DNA of 59,300 nt, from assembly GCA_944386955.1 (NCBI GenBank), contig CALXDB010000001.1, positions 1 through 59,300 on the forward strand, in the 5' to 3' direction. The translations under genes were made by a program, and so were the position numbers. The notes below the pieces were generated by a model, which saw only the letters and a list, made by a program, of their open reading frames with translations, made no database searches and was not told the DNA's origin. Shown here piece after piece: positions 7,935 to 15,938 of this stretch (position 1 is its first letter; the number at the start of each line of letters is the position of its first letter). The DNA is from an uncultured Oscillospiraceae bacterium (GTDB taxonomy: Bacteria > Bacillota > Clostridia > Oscillospirales > Oscillospiraceae).

Positions 7935-8963
7935 TCAGGGAACCAGGATGTCCATATCCTCCAGGATCAGATCCTGGTCGTAAAGGTTGAAGGATTCGTT
8001 GATGAGAGCCAGGGTGGCCTCCGGGTCCAGCACATAGTAGCTGCCGCTGTAGAAGCCCTTTCCCTGGAGCCAGGCGCCGTCGCCGGGAAGGGTGTAGAAG
8101 TGGATGTTCTCCATGCCTACGTTCAGAGCCTGCTCCCCGATCCAGGCCAGCTCCCCCACCTCCAGATCGGTGTCGATGTAGGTGTAGAAAAGAGAGGCAT
8201 ACTCCTTGACAGCCTGAATGGGATTGCTGCCCAGGTTGTCCAGCATCTGCTTAGCCACGGCAGTAAGGAAGGCCTGCTGGGTCTCGATGCGGCCGATATC
8301 GCCGTTGGGATAGCCGGTGCCGTCATTATTCTGACGGAACCGTACCACCTTTACCGCATCCTCTCCCTCCAGGTACTGATACCCCTTCTCAAAGTGAATA
8401 TGGAGATCCTGGACGGGGTCGTCGTAGTTCATATTCACCGGCACATCGAACCACACGCCGCCGACGGCGTCCACCAGCTCCACAAAGCCGTTCAGATCCA
8501 CGGACACATAAAAATCTACCGGGATGCCCAACAGGTTGCTCAGCTCCTCCTGCAGCCGCTCGATACCGCCCACATTGTAGGAGGCGTTGAACTTGGGCAC
8601 GTTCCAATCGGTGTCGATCCAGGTGTCCCGTGGGATACTGACAGCATTGAAGGCCTTGTTTTTCGCATCGATGAACAGCAGGATATTGGTATCGCTGCCG
8701 CCGTTATCGTCATCCTTGCCGGAGACCAGGATGGTATAGCAGCTCTCCTTACGCTGGCGCTGGGAAGAGGTCTCCCCCTTTTCCTGGCTCTCGCCGCTCC
8801 CGGTCGGGTCCTCCTCCACGGTGGTATCGGGCACCTCCGGGGGATGGACAAAGCAGCGGTACAGGCCGAACACACCCATGCCGCAAAAGAGCAGGATACA
8901 GATAAACAGGATCAATTTCTCCGCGCCGCTGCGGCGGCGGCGCTTTCTCTGGTGTGGTGCCAT
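7935..8963 (-). CDS. LytR-CpsA-Psr (LCP) family cell-wall polymer ligase
   Basis: N-terminal TM anchor, then ILVSGKDDDNGGSDTNILLFIDAKNKAFNAVSIPRDTWID, which is typical of the LCP domain. Start at ATG 8963 (MAPHQRKRRRR) with a GAAGGAGAG RBS. Confidence 0.85.
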   Translation of the reverse strand: MAPHQRKRRRRSGAEKLILFICILLFCGMGVFGLYRCFVHPPEVPDTTVEEDPTGSGESQEKGETSSQRQRKESCYTILVSGKDDDNGGSDTNILLFIDAKNKAFNAVSIPRDTWIDTDWNVPKFNASYNVGGIERLQEELSNLLGIPVDFYVSVDLNGFVELVDAVGGVWFDVPVNMNYDDPVQDLHIHFEKGYQYLEGEDAVKVVRFRQNNDGTGYPNGDIGRIETQQAFLTAVAKQMLDNLGSNPIQAVKEYASLFYTYIDTDLEVGELAWIGEQALNVGMENIHFYTLPGDGAWLQGKGFYSGSYYVLDPEATLALINESFNLYDQDLILEDMDILVP

Positions 8964-9100
8964 GGGTCTCTCTCCTTCAAGGGACAACCGCGGAGCGGCC
9001 CGGCGGCCGGGGCGGTTGGGATATGCACTCTTTTATATACCACAAACCGCCGCCGGAGGCAAGGGCCAAGCCGCCCCGTCTCTTTAAGTTTTCCAATTGT

Positions 9101-9304
9101 TCACAAGTTTTCCACGTCCCGCCCTCCGAGGGTACGGCAAAGTGCCTCCAAAAGGCTATTCTGCCGCTCCAGGGAGGCCAGAATCGCTTCCAAAGTCTGG
9201 CAGCCGCCGGGCGCGGGACGGCAGATGGGATGGACATAGCGCTTCACCGGCTGGCGCTCTTCCCTGGGCGCGCCGCTGCTCCGGCGGCGGTTGGAACACG
9301 TCAT
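9101..9304 (-). CDS. hypothetical 67-aa protein apparently co-transcribed with spoIIID
   Basis: ATG 9304 is preceded by GAGGAGGGG, about 15 nt after the spoIIID stop. I recognise no family. Confidence 0.35.
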   Translation of the reverse strand: MTCSNRRRSSGAPREERQPVKRYVHPICRPAPGGCQTLEAILASLERQNSLLEALCRTLGGRDVENL

Positions 9305-9321
9305 GGCAAACCCCTCCTCAC

Positions 9322-9579
9322 TCAAAGGCTGCTCTCGCCCCGGTACTTCTTACGGGTAGCGATGCCGCCGCGGATATGGCGCTGGGCTTTGTTCGTGTCC
9401 AGCACCTCCTTGACCTGGGTGTACAGCGTCCTGTTGAAGGCCGGCAGGCGTTCGCTGATGTCCTTGTGCACAGTGGACTTGCTGATCCCGAACTTCCGGG
9501 CGGCGGCACGAACGGTGGCGCCGTTTTCCACGATGTAGGCGGCCAGCTGGCAGGCCCGCTCCTCGATGTTTCCCTTCAA
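9322..9579 (-). CDS. spoIIID: sporulation transcriptional regulator SpoIIID
   Basis: (L/M)KGNIEERACQLAAYIVENGATVRAAARKFGISKSTVHKDISERLP...AQRHIRGGIATRKKY aligns residue for residue with Bacillus SpoIIID as I remember it (MHDYIKERTIKIGKYIVE...VSKSTVHKDLTERLP). The TTG at 9579 has a GGGAG RBS 10 nt upstream. The ATG at 9612 has no RBS. The track start at 9681 lies inside the cstA terminator. Confidence 0.85.
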   Translation of the reverse strand: MKGNIEERACQLAAYIVENGATVRAAARKFGISKSTVHKDISERLPAFNRTLYTQVKEVLDTNKAQRHIRGGIATRKKYRGESSL

Positions 9580-9679
9580 TGGCTTTACACTCCCTATCCC
9601 GTTATGCTCCATGTATATGAGCGGACGGGGACCGCCATGCCTGAGGCGGCGGGATCGGGCCATTTTACCGCCGAAAGGC

Positions 9680-9713
9680 AAAAAAAGCCCCGGCCAGTGG
9701 AGAGCTGGCCGGG
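9680..9713 (-). terminator. rho-independent terminator downstream of cstA
   Basis: The minus strand reads CCCGGCCAG ctctcca CTGGCCGGGG followed by CTTTTTTT. Confidence 0.65.
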
Positions 9714-9744
9714 ACCATAACAGCAGGGGATCGCTCCGGGGATC

Positions 9745-11196
9745 TTACACCCGAGCCTTGGCGCCGAGCACCGTCTTCTTCATGTAGATGAAGAGGAACA
9801 GGGCGGCCACCACAATACCCACCACCACGGCGATGGGATAATAAGTGGTCTCGGGAATCTTCAAGGCGTTCCACAGAATGCCCATGCACTCACCGGCCGC
9901 CATGAAGTAGGTGGCGGACACGGCGGACATGAAGGTGGCGGGAACAGCGCAGATCAGGTAGTTCTTCTTCTCCTTGTAGAGATAGGTGGCCGCAGCCCAC
10001 AGGGCGATCATGGCCAGAGTCTGGTTGGACCAGGAGAAGTAACGCCACACCACGTCGTAGTTCAGCTGCAGGATGATGGCGCCGGCAGCCAGCAGGGGGA
10101 TGGTCAGAGCCAGACGGTTCTTGAAGGGCTTCTGCTCGATCTTGAACCAATCGGCCAGAGTCAGACGAGCGCTGCGGTAAGCGGTATCACCGGAGGAGAT
10201 GGGGCAGACCACCACGCCCAGCAGGGCCAGCACACCGCCCACCTTGCCCATGGTGCTCTGGCAGATGGCGTGCACCACGGTGCTGGTGCCGATGGCGGTA
10301 CCCTCGGCAATGGAGGCCTTGATCAGGGGATATACGGTGACGCCGGCGGCGCACCACACCATGGCGATGATGCCCTCGGCCACCATGGCGCCGTAGAACA
10401 CCTTCTGGCCCAGCTTCTCGCTCTTGCAGCAGCGGGCCATCATGGGAGACTGGGTAGCATGGAAGCCGGAGATAGCGCCGCAGGCGATGGTGATGAACAT
10501 GAAGGACCACACATGGGTGCCCTGAGGATGCATGTTGGTGAAGTTATTCCACAGCTCCGGCATCTCATAGTTGCCGGAGAACAGCATGGAGCCGCCCACA
10601 CCCACAGCCATGATAATCAGGCAAATGCCGAACAGGGGATAGAGACGGCCGATGACCTTGTCGATGGGCACAAAGGTAGCAATGAAGTAGTACACCATCA
10701 CCACCACCAGCCAGAAGGTGGCGTTCAGGGTCTCGGGAGTCAGGATGGCCAGCAGATCGGCGGGGCCCTTGGTGAACACCACGCCGCACATCACCAGCAG
10801 CACCACGGAGAACACACGCATAACGTTCTTCATGCCGTTGCCCAGGTACTTGCCGGTCAGCTCGGAGATGCTGGCGCCGTTGTTGCGCATAGACAGCATG
10901 CCGCACATGTAATCGTGGACAGCACCGGCAAAAATGTTACCGAAAATGATCCACAGGTAGGCAATGGGCCCGAAGAGAGCGCCGCTGAGGGCGCCGAAGA
11001 TGGGGCCGGTGCCGGCAATATTCAGAAGCTGGATCAAAAACACCTTCCAGGTGGGCATGGGGACGTAGTCCACGCCGTCGTTGATGGCGACAGCCGGAGT
11101 CTCCCGATCGTCGGGTCCAAACACCTTGGCCACAAATTTGCCGTACAGGAGATAGCCCACGATCAGAAACGCAATGCAGAAAATGAACGTGATCAT
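9745..11196 (-). CDS. cstA: carbon starvation protein A (CstA family peptide/pyruvate transporter)
   Basis: MITFIFCIAFLIVGYLLYGKFVAKVFGPDD...LIQLLNIAGTGPIFGALSGALFGP is the canonical CstA N-terminus, and the protein is polytopic throughout. ATG 11196 has a GAGGAGGGA RBS. Confidence 0.9.
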   Translation of the reverse strand: MITFIFCIAFLIVGYLLYGKFVAKVFGPDDRETPAVAINDGVDYVPMPTWKVFLIQLLNIAGTGPIFGALSGALFGPIAYLWIIFGNIFAGAVHDYMCGMLSMRNNGASISELTGKYLGNGMKNVMRVFSVVLLVMCGVVFTKGPADLLAILTPETLNATFWLVVVMVYYFIATFVPIDKVIGRLYPLFGICLIIMAVGVGGSMLFSGNYEMPELWNNFTNMHPQGTHVWSFMFITIACGAISGFHATQSPMMARCCKSEKLGQKVFYGAMVAEGIIAMVWCAAGVTVYPLIKASIAEGTAIGTSTVVHAICQSTMGKVGGVLALLGVVVCPISSGDTAYRSARLTLADWFKIEQKPFKNRLALTIPLLAAGAIILQLNYDVVWRYFSWSNQTLAMIALWAAATYLYKEKKNYLICAVPATFMSAVSATYFMAAGECMGILWNALKIPETTYYPIAVVVGIVVAALFLFIYMKKTVLGAKARV

Positions 11197-11244
11197 AAAT
11201 TCCCTCCTCAAAAATCGGGGCCTCTCCAACCCCGTCCAGCCACA

Positions 11245-11272
11245 TTATAGCTTTGTATACACAGGATGCAAG
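11245..11272 (-). promoter_or_regulatory. candidate sigma-70-type promoter for cstA
   Basis: The minus strand reads TTGCAT, a 16-nt spacer, then TATAAT, about 50 nt upstream of the cstA ATG. A GTATAC palindrome lies in the spacer. Confidence 0.4.
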
Positions 11273-11527
11273 TCAAACCTTTTCTTTTTTTAAAAATCAG
11301 GGTTTTGCCCAATTTTATCCCCATATTTTTTGTCATTTTCTCCCATCGGCAGACTGATTTCTCCATTCCATTTCTCAAAAAATGAAGGATATCTCCAAAG
11401 CTCCGTATTTCTTATCAGACAAGCTGAGCGCCCCAATTGTCGATATTTGCAGAAAAAGTGACTATTCTTTTCCGATTCTTAACAGGCCCGATCTCTCGCC
11501 CGCCACGAATATTCCCTTTCCCGCATG

Positions 11528-11561
11528 AAAAAAAGGACCTCCGGCAGCATGCCGGAGGTCC
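11528..11561 (-). terminator. rho-independent terminator at the end of the phage-like cluster
   Basis: The minus strand reads GGACCTCCGGC atgct GCCGGAGGTCC followed by TTTTTTT, 16 nt after the endolysin stop. Confidence 0.7.
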
Positions 11562-11576
11562 TCTGGGGCGTTTCCC

Positions 11577-12233
11577 TTACTGTTTGCTCAGGCGGTACAG
11601 GATCTCCGCCAGCTGTTCTCTGGTGAGGAACATCTTGTACTGCATGTTCCCCGCCTCGTCTCCTTTCAAAAGGCCCGCCATCTCCGCCCAGGCCCGGGCC
11701 TGGGCGCTCCAGCTGCCTGGGGCCTGCTGCCGCAGCTCCTCCAGATAGCCGTCCATCAGTTTGTTGAAGGTCTCCTGGGTCATGGTCTCCTCCTCCTCGT
11801 ACAAGGGCATCTCGCCGGGCAGGCTGCCCGTTAAGATCATGGCGCTGGTCCACACGCCTCGCGCGTCCCACTGGATATGGGGCAGATCGGGAAAGCTCTT
11901 CCAGTCCCCGCCCCAGCTGAATCCCATCTCTTTGGCCAGGGCGGCGGCGGACTGGAAAAAGTCCGGGTCGCTGTACTCCTGTCCTTTCACGTTTTTGCAA
12001 AAATCAAAGGCCAGCCCCACCTTATCGGAGTGGAAAGTGGGTGTGGGGCTGTTGGTGACGATGGTACCTGGGCGGCTGCGGCCCTGCTCATAGAGCCAGG
12101 CCTGGTAAGCGCTGTCCCGCACGGTGCTGGTCACCAGCACCTGCAGTCCCGCAGCGCTGCACCGCTTCAGCCAGATCTTACAGTTGGCCGCCACATCCGG
12201 CCGCAGAAGGTCCACATCTCTGCTGTTCAGCAT
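11577..12233 (-). CDS. peptidase M15 (VanY / L-alanyl-D-glutamate peptidase-type) endolysin with a C-terminal SLH-like wall-binding segment
   Basis: Zn-ligand pattern FHSDKVGLAFDF ... GGDWKSFPDLPHIQWD (H-x-x-G-x-A-x-D ... D-x-x-H). The C-terminus SWSAQARAWAEMAGLLKGDEAGNMQYKMFLTREQLAEILYRL resembles a single SLH-type repeat. Confidence 0.8.
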   Translation of the reverse strand: MLNSRDVDLLRPDVAANCKIWLKRCSAAGLQVLVTSTVRDSAYQAWLYEQGRSRPGTIVTNSPTPTFHSDKVGLAFDFCKNVKGQEYSDPDFFQSAAALAKEMGFSWGGDWKSFPDLPHIQWDARGVWTSAMILTGSLPGEMPLYEEEETMTQETFNKLMDGYLEELRQQAPGSWSAQARAWAEMAGLLKGDEAGNMQYKMFLTREQLAEILYRLSKQ

Positions 12234-12296
12234 AGGGACTCCCCTCTCTCTTTGGTCTCGGGCGGCGTTGCCGCCCTTCTATTCTATGCGCCGGCG

Positions 12297-12596
12297 TTAC
12301 AGCTGCAGCCCCAGCTGCACCAGCACAAAGCCCACCAGCGCCCCCACCGCCATCAGCAGCACCTTGTCCACCACTGTCTCCCAGCGCTGGCCGGGCTTCT
12401 GCTCCAGCACATCTACCTTTTTCGTCAAATTTTCCAGTTCCTCCCGCAGATGGCGCTGTTCGCTGACCAGCACCTCCACAGAGGTGGCGATGTGGGTCAG
12501 CATCTCCTGTCCCCGCTCCAGCTGCTCGATGCGCCGGGTGTTGGACCGAGCCCGGGAGTCGGTCTCCGTCAGCTTCACCGCCGTTGTCTCTTCCAT
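12297..12596 (-). CDS. XhlA-like (hemolysin XhlA family) lysis-associated membrane protein
   Basis: 99 aa. Coiled-coil N-terminal region (RIEQLERGQEML...LREELENLTKKVDVLEQ) plus a single C-terminal TM helix (VLLMAVGALVGFVLVQLGLQL). It sits directly upstream of the endolysin. Confidence 0.6.
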   Translation of the reverse strand: MEETTAVKLTETDSRARSNTRRIEQLERGQEMLTHIATSVEVLVSEQRHLREELENLTKKVDVLEQKPGQRWETVVDKVLLMAVGALVGFVLVQLGLQL

Positions 12597-12602
12597 ATGC
12601 CG

Positions 12603-13169
12603 TCACACCGCCAATTCCAAGGTATGCCAGGTATACCCGGCCGCGTGGATGTCCGCCCAGGTCCACTCCCGCGCCTCCAGCTCCGCCCAGGTGAGGTAGC
12701 GGAAATAGAACTCCGTCTCCAGATGGCAGGGAATGATATCCAGGATCACCTGCCGGATCTGGTCGAACTCCTCCGGGATCCCCGCCACGTTGGGAAAGAT
12801 TACCCGGATGTGGCCCCACTGGTCCGTCTCCTGGGCCTCCGCCTTGATGCCGCAGCCCTGAATGGCCCGGTTCACCGCCTCCAGAGTGAAGCTGTCGCCG
12901 CTGATCTGCAGCAGGGCGTGAATGGCCTCCCGCCGGAGAGGGACGCTCACCTGGACGGGCCGGTGGGCGAAGAGGCTCTCCCGGCGGGAAAGTCCCTCTC
13001 CCTCCGCCGTGGCGGTGACGCATTCCCGCTGGGCGTAGTCCGCTGCATCGGCGGCGCCGTCCAGTCCTGCCCCCATAGCCTCCAGCTCGCTGGCACTGAG
13101 ACTGCCCGCACGGAGGTCATAGATTCCCAGTGGCCGCAGCAGCTCCTGCAAATACGCCGCGTATCCCAT
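12603..13169 (-). CDS. baseplate wedge protein, DUF2313 / XkdU / Mu gp48-like
   Basis: 188 aa immediately after the baseplate J-like gene. The N-terminus YLQELLRPLGIYDL fits the DUF2313 pattern as I remember it. Confidence 0.6.
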   Translation of the reverse strand: MGYAAYLQELLRPLGIYDLRAGSLSASELEAMGAGLDGAADAADYAQRECVTATAEGEGLSRRESLFAHRPVQVSVPLRREAIHALLQISGDSFTLEAVNRAIQGCGIKAEAQETDQWGHIRVIFPNVAGIPEEFDQIRQVILDIIPCHLETEFYFRYLTWAELEAREWTWADIHAAGYTWHTLELAV

Positions 13170-13170
13170 C

Positions 13171-14232
13171 TCAGCCTCCCATCTCCGTTATGGCCACCGC
13201 TCCCAAGGCAGGCAGCCGGGAGGGCAGTGCTGCCACATCCTCGGCTGGAGCGGTGAAGCGGTAGTTTGCCACGCTGTCCAGGGAGTAGAGCAGGTTTCCC
13301 AGTTCCGCCAGAGTCACCGGCTCCCCCAAAAGCTGACCGTCAAAAAAGCCGGCCAGGGCGTCCTCGGCGTCGGCTTTGGCCTGGGAAAAACTGTATCCCG
13401 CAGCCGGTTCCACCGCCGCCGTCACCGCCACAGGCAGCAGCTCCGGCGCCAGCACCTGCAGGTCCACTGCAATCTCCCTGCTTTTTTGCAGGGTCTCCTC
13501 CACCGCCTGGCGCAGCGTCTCCTCCGGTGCACCGGCAGCGGAGGAGATGTACACGTCCACCGTGCCGATGCCCCGTGGACGTCCCACAGCCCTGGCCGCC
13601 GCCACTCCTTCAAAGCGCATGGCCTCCTGCTCGTAGTAGGCGGCATTGGCCCCGTTAGGCAGGCGGCGGTAGCTGTCCAGGATTCTCGTCCGCAGGGCCT
13701 CGTCGTCCTCCCGGTCCGCCCCGCCGGTAAAGGGTTTGGGATTGGTGCACCGGGCCACCCCCGCCGGGGCCACCGCCATCAGCACCACCCGATCAGCCCC
13801 CACATTGCCGCTCTCCCCGCTCTCCGCCGCCTGGGCGGGCACCTCCGTCCACAGCTCCCCCGCCGGGATAGCCCCGTCCTCTAAAGTCTCATACCGCACC
13901 CCGGCGGCGGTCATGCACACCGTGCCCGCCGGGATATTGAGGCTCTGGCTCACCGCCTGGTCCACGGAAAAGCGGAGGACACCCTCCGCGGCGGTGGCGG
14001 CCACTCGTGTGATGTTTCGGGTCTCCCCGTGGTAATCCAGGAATTCCCCCTGGGCCGTCTGGGGGAAGCTCTGGTCCAGCACCCACTTTGCCTGGGCGTA
14101 CAGGGCCTGGACCTGGGCGGCAGCGGCATAGAGCCGGGCCGCCAGATCGCAGGCGGCGTGGGGCCGGTAGCCGGACTGCTGGGCAAAGGTGTCCAGCATC
14201 TCCTGATAGATCTCCTCCAAGGTCTTTTGCAT
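13171..14232 (-). CDS. baseplate J-like protein (XkdT / gp47 family)
   Basis: 353 aa. The position, size and sequence character (EIYQEMLDTFAQQSGYRPHAACDLAARLYAAAAQVQALYAQAKWVLDQSFPQTA) are typical of the Baseplate_J family. Confidence 0.75.
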   Translation of the reverse strand: MQKTLEEIYQEMLDTFAQQSGYRPHAACDLAARLYAAAAQVQALYAQAKWVLDQSFPQTAQGEFLDYHGETRNITRVAATAAEGVLRFSVDQAVSQSLNIPAGTVCMTAAGVRYETLEDGAIPAGELWTEVPAQAAESGESGNVGADRVVLMAVAPAGVARCTNPKPFTGGADREDDEALRTRILDSYRRLPNGANAAYYEQEAMRFEGVAAARAVGRPRGIGTVDVYISSAAGAPEETLRQAVEETLQKSREIAVDLQVLAPELLPVAVTAAVEPAAGYSFSQAKADAEDALAGFFDGQLLGEPVTLAELGNLLYSLDSVANYRFTAPAEDVAALPSRLPALGAVAITEMGG

Positions 14233-14244
14233 CGTCTCGCTCCC

Positions 14245-14598
14245 TTACATGGATATGGTCACTTCCGCCGTCACGGCGGTATCGCCCTGGCTGAGGCAGA
14301 CCCGAAGGGACAGCATCCCCGCCGCTCCCTGCTCCAGTTCCACCGATTCCACGGTTACATCCTCCTCCCCCAGCGCCTCGGCCACATATTGCCGGGCGGC
14401 GGAGAGCCGCCCCTCGGGGGGTTCCCGGCCCAGCAGATACAGCCGGCTGCCCAGTTCCGGCAGCACCGGCAGGCCGCCCCGCCGGGCGGTCAGGCGGAAG
14501 AGGACCCGCTGCAGCAGAGCCTCCTCCCCCTCCAGACGGACCACGCCGCCCCGGCCGTCCGCCACATAGTCTCCCTCGCGCAGCAGCAGTTCCATCAT
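14245..14598 (-). CDS. small baseplate protein, XkdS / DUF2634 (gp25/GPW-like position)
   Basis: 117 aa directly upstream of baseplate J. The motif LLQRVLFRLTARRGGLPVLPELGSRLY resembles the gp25-like fold family. Confidence 0.55.
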   Translation of the reverse strand: MMELLLREGDYVADGRGGVVRLEGEEALLQRVLFRLTARRGGLPVLPELGSRLYLLGREPPEGRLSAARQYVAEALGEEDVTVESVELEQGAAGMLSLRVCLSQGDTAVTAEVTISM

Positions 14599-14611
14599 CT
14601 TCTCCTTCCCG

Positions 14612-14995
14612 TCAGATCAGGGGCGTCAGCTGCACCCCGTTGAGAAACAGCGTTCCTGTGATCTCCACCCGGCCCCGCAGCTGGATGGTCCCATCCAGCC
14701 GCAGCCGGATGGAACTGTCCCCCGCCGTGAAAACCAGCTCTCCCGGCTCCAGGTCCTGCTCCTCCCGGCAGGCGGCAGCCACCACATAGCGCTCCTCGCC
14801 GCCGGTCCCCCCTTTTAAAACCAGCACCTGGTCTCCGGCCCTGGGCCGCCAGACCAGGCCGGCGGGGGCGTAGACGGGCAGGTCCCGCTCCTCGCCGCAG
14901 GTCTCCACCGCCGCCGGCGCCCCGCCGATGGTGGCAGTGCCGGCCTCGGCGGCGGAGGAGCCGCCCCGGGCGCGCAATCGCTCAGATATCCACAT
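14612..14995 (-). CDS. small baseplate hub/spike-like protein (XkdR / gpV-like position)
   Basis: 127 aa. VWRPRAGDQVLVLKGG resembles the OB-fold spike motif. Assignment is mainly by position. Confidence 0.45.
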   Translation of the reverse strand: MWISERLRARGGSSAAEAGTATIGGAPAAVETCGEERDLPVYAPAGLVWRPRAGDQVLVLKGGTGGEERYVVAAACREEQDLEPGELVFTAGDSSIRLRLDGTIQLRGRVEITGTLFLNGVQLTPLI

Positions 14996-15938
14996 GGTCT
15001 CTCGCCTCCAGTATCAGCGTGGTGGTCTCGCCGGCGCTGCCGCCCCGGCTCTCCGCCTCCACCACATCATAATCCCCCGCCAGTCCCAGGGGCTCGTAGG
15101 TCACCCATGCCACATCCCCAGGCTGGGCAGCAAATGCCCCTACCACCGTCATCTCCACCTGGTACATGCCCTCCATGCTCCGCCGGATCTGATACTCGCC
15201 GGTGTACCGCATGGCTGCCAGTGTGCTGATGCCGGGGGTGTAGAGCACCTGCCGCCGGCTGCCGCCCAGGTCCAGAAAGGCCCGGTTCACCACCCGCTGG
15301 GTAGTCTTCCTGGTCTTGTCCTTCACCAGCATCTCGGAGATCACCCCGTATCGGGTGAAGTGGACGGCACAATCCGTCACTGCCGCCGTACGGTCGATGC
15401 TCCGGTGGACGCCGCTGCCCGCCATGGGGCAGACCTGGAGGGTACCGTCGGCGGTAAACCAGGGCAGAAATCCCCCCACATAGCGGACAAAGCCGCTGAG
15501 GGCCTGCCACTGGCTGCTACCGCTGTCCACCCGATAAGCCCCAGCGCAGCGTAGGGCCGTACAATCCCCCAGCGAAATCCCCCAAGGGACGGCGTGATTG
15601 CGGAGAATCTCCTCCACCGTGGCCCCTTGGTACTCCGCCGCTTCCGCCTCGTTGTCCAGCAGCAGCGCCGCCAGTCCCCGGCCGGAGAAAGTCAGCAGGC
15701 GTCCCTGCTCTGACACCTCCGCCCGATACTCATCCACCACACCCTGCAAAACCAAATCGTCTCCCTGATAGGCGGTAAAACGGCAGACTTGAGGCAGCAC
15801 ATCCATCAGCTGTCCGTCAAAGAGGCACACCGCCTCCAGATCGTCGCAGGGGACGCTCCCGGTGCGGCGCAGCCGCCACTCCTTCACCGTGGGAGCCAGA
15901 TATACCTGACCGTCGCAGGCAGTGAGCTGAATGGTCAT
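14982..15938 (-). CDS. XkdQ / late-control gene D-like baseplate hub protein
   Basis: The track ORF was trimmed to ATG 15938 (MTIQLTACDG), which overlaps the LysM gene stop as ATGA. About 318 aa, in the position after the LysM protein as in PBSX-type tails. Confidence 0.6.
   Translation of the reverse strand: MTIQLTACDGQVYLAPTVKEWRLRRTGSVPCDDLEAVCLFDGQLMDVLPQVCRFTAYQGDDLVLQGVVDEYRAEVSEQGRLLTFSGRGLAALLLDNEAEAAEYQGATVEEILRNHAVPWGISLGDCTALRCAGAYRVDSGSSQWQALSGFVRYVGGFLPWFTADGTLQVCPMAGSGVHRSIDRTAAVTDCAVHFTRYGVISEMLVKDKTRKTTQRVVNRAFLDLGGSRRQVLYTPGISTLAAMRYTGEYQIRRSMEGMYQVEMTVVGAFAAQPGDVAWVTYEPLGLAGDYDVVEAESRGGSAGETTTLILEARDHVDI

Noticed and set aside
9322-9681. The 119-aa version of SpoIIID starting at 9681.
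   Set aside because: The extension (MPFGGKMARSRRLRHGGPRPLIY) overlaps the cstA terminator hairpin and has no counterpart in SpoIIID. It was trimmed to the TTG at 9579, with the ATG at 9612 as the alternative.
8100-11250. Long plus-strand ORFs (8100-9239, 8954-9538, 9097-9720, 10270-11250) opposite the LCP, spoIIID and cstA genes.
   Set aside because: They are shadow ORFs with Arg/Gly/His-rich composition. The opposite-strand genes have clear family signatures and ribosome-binding sites.
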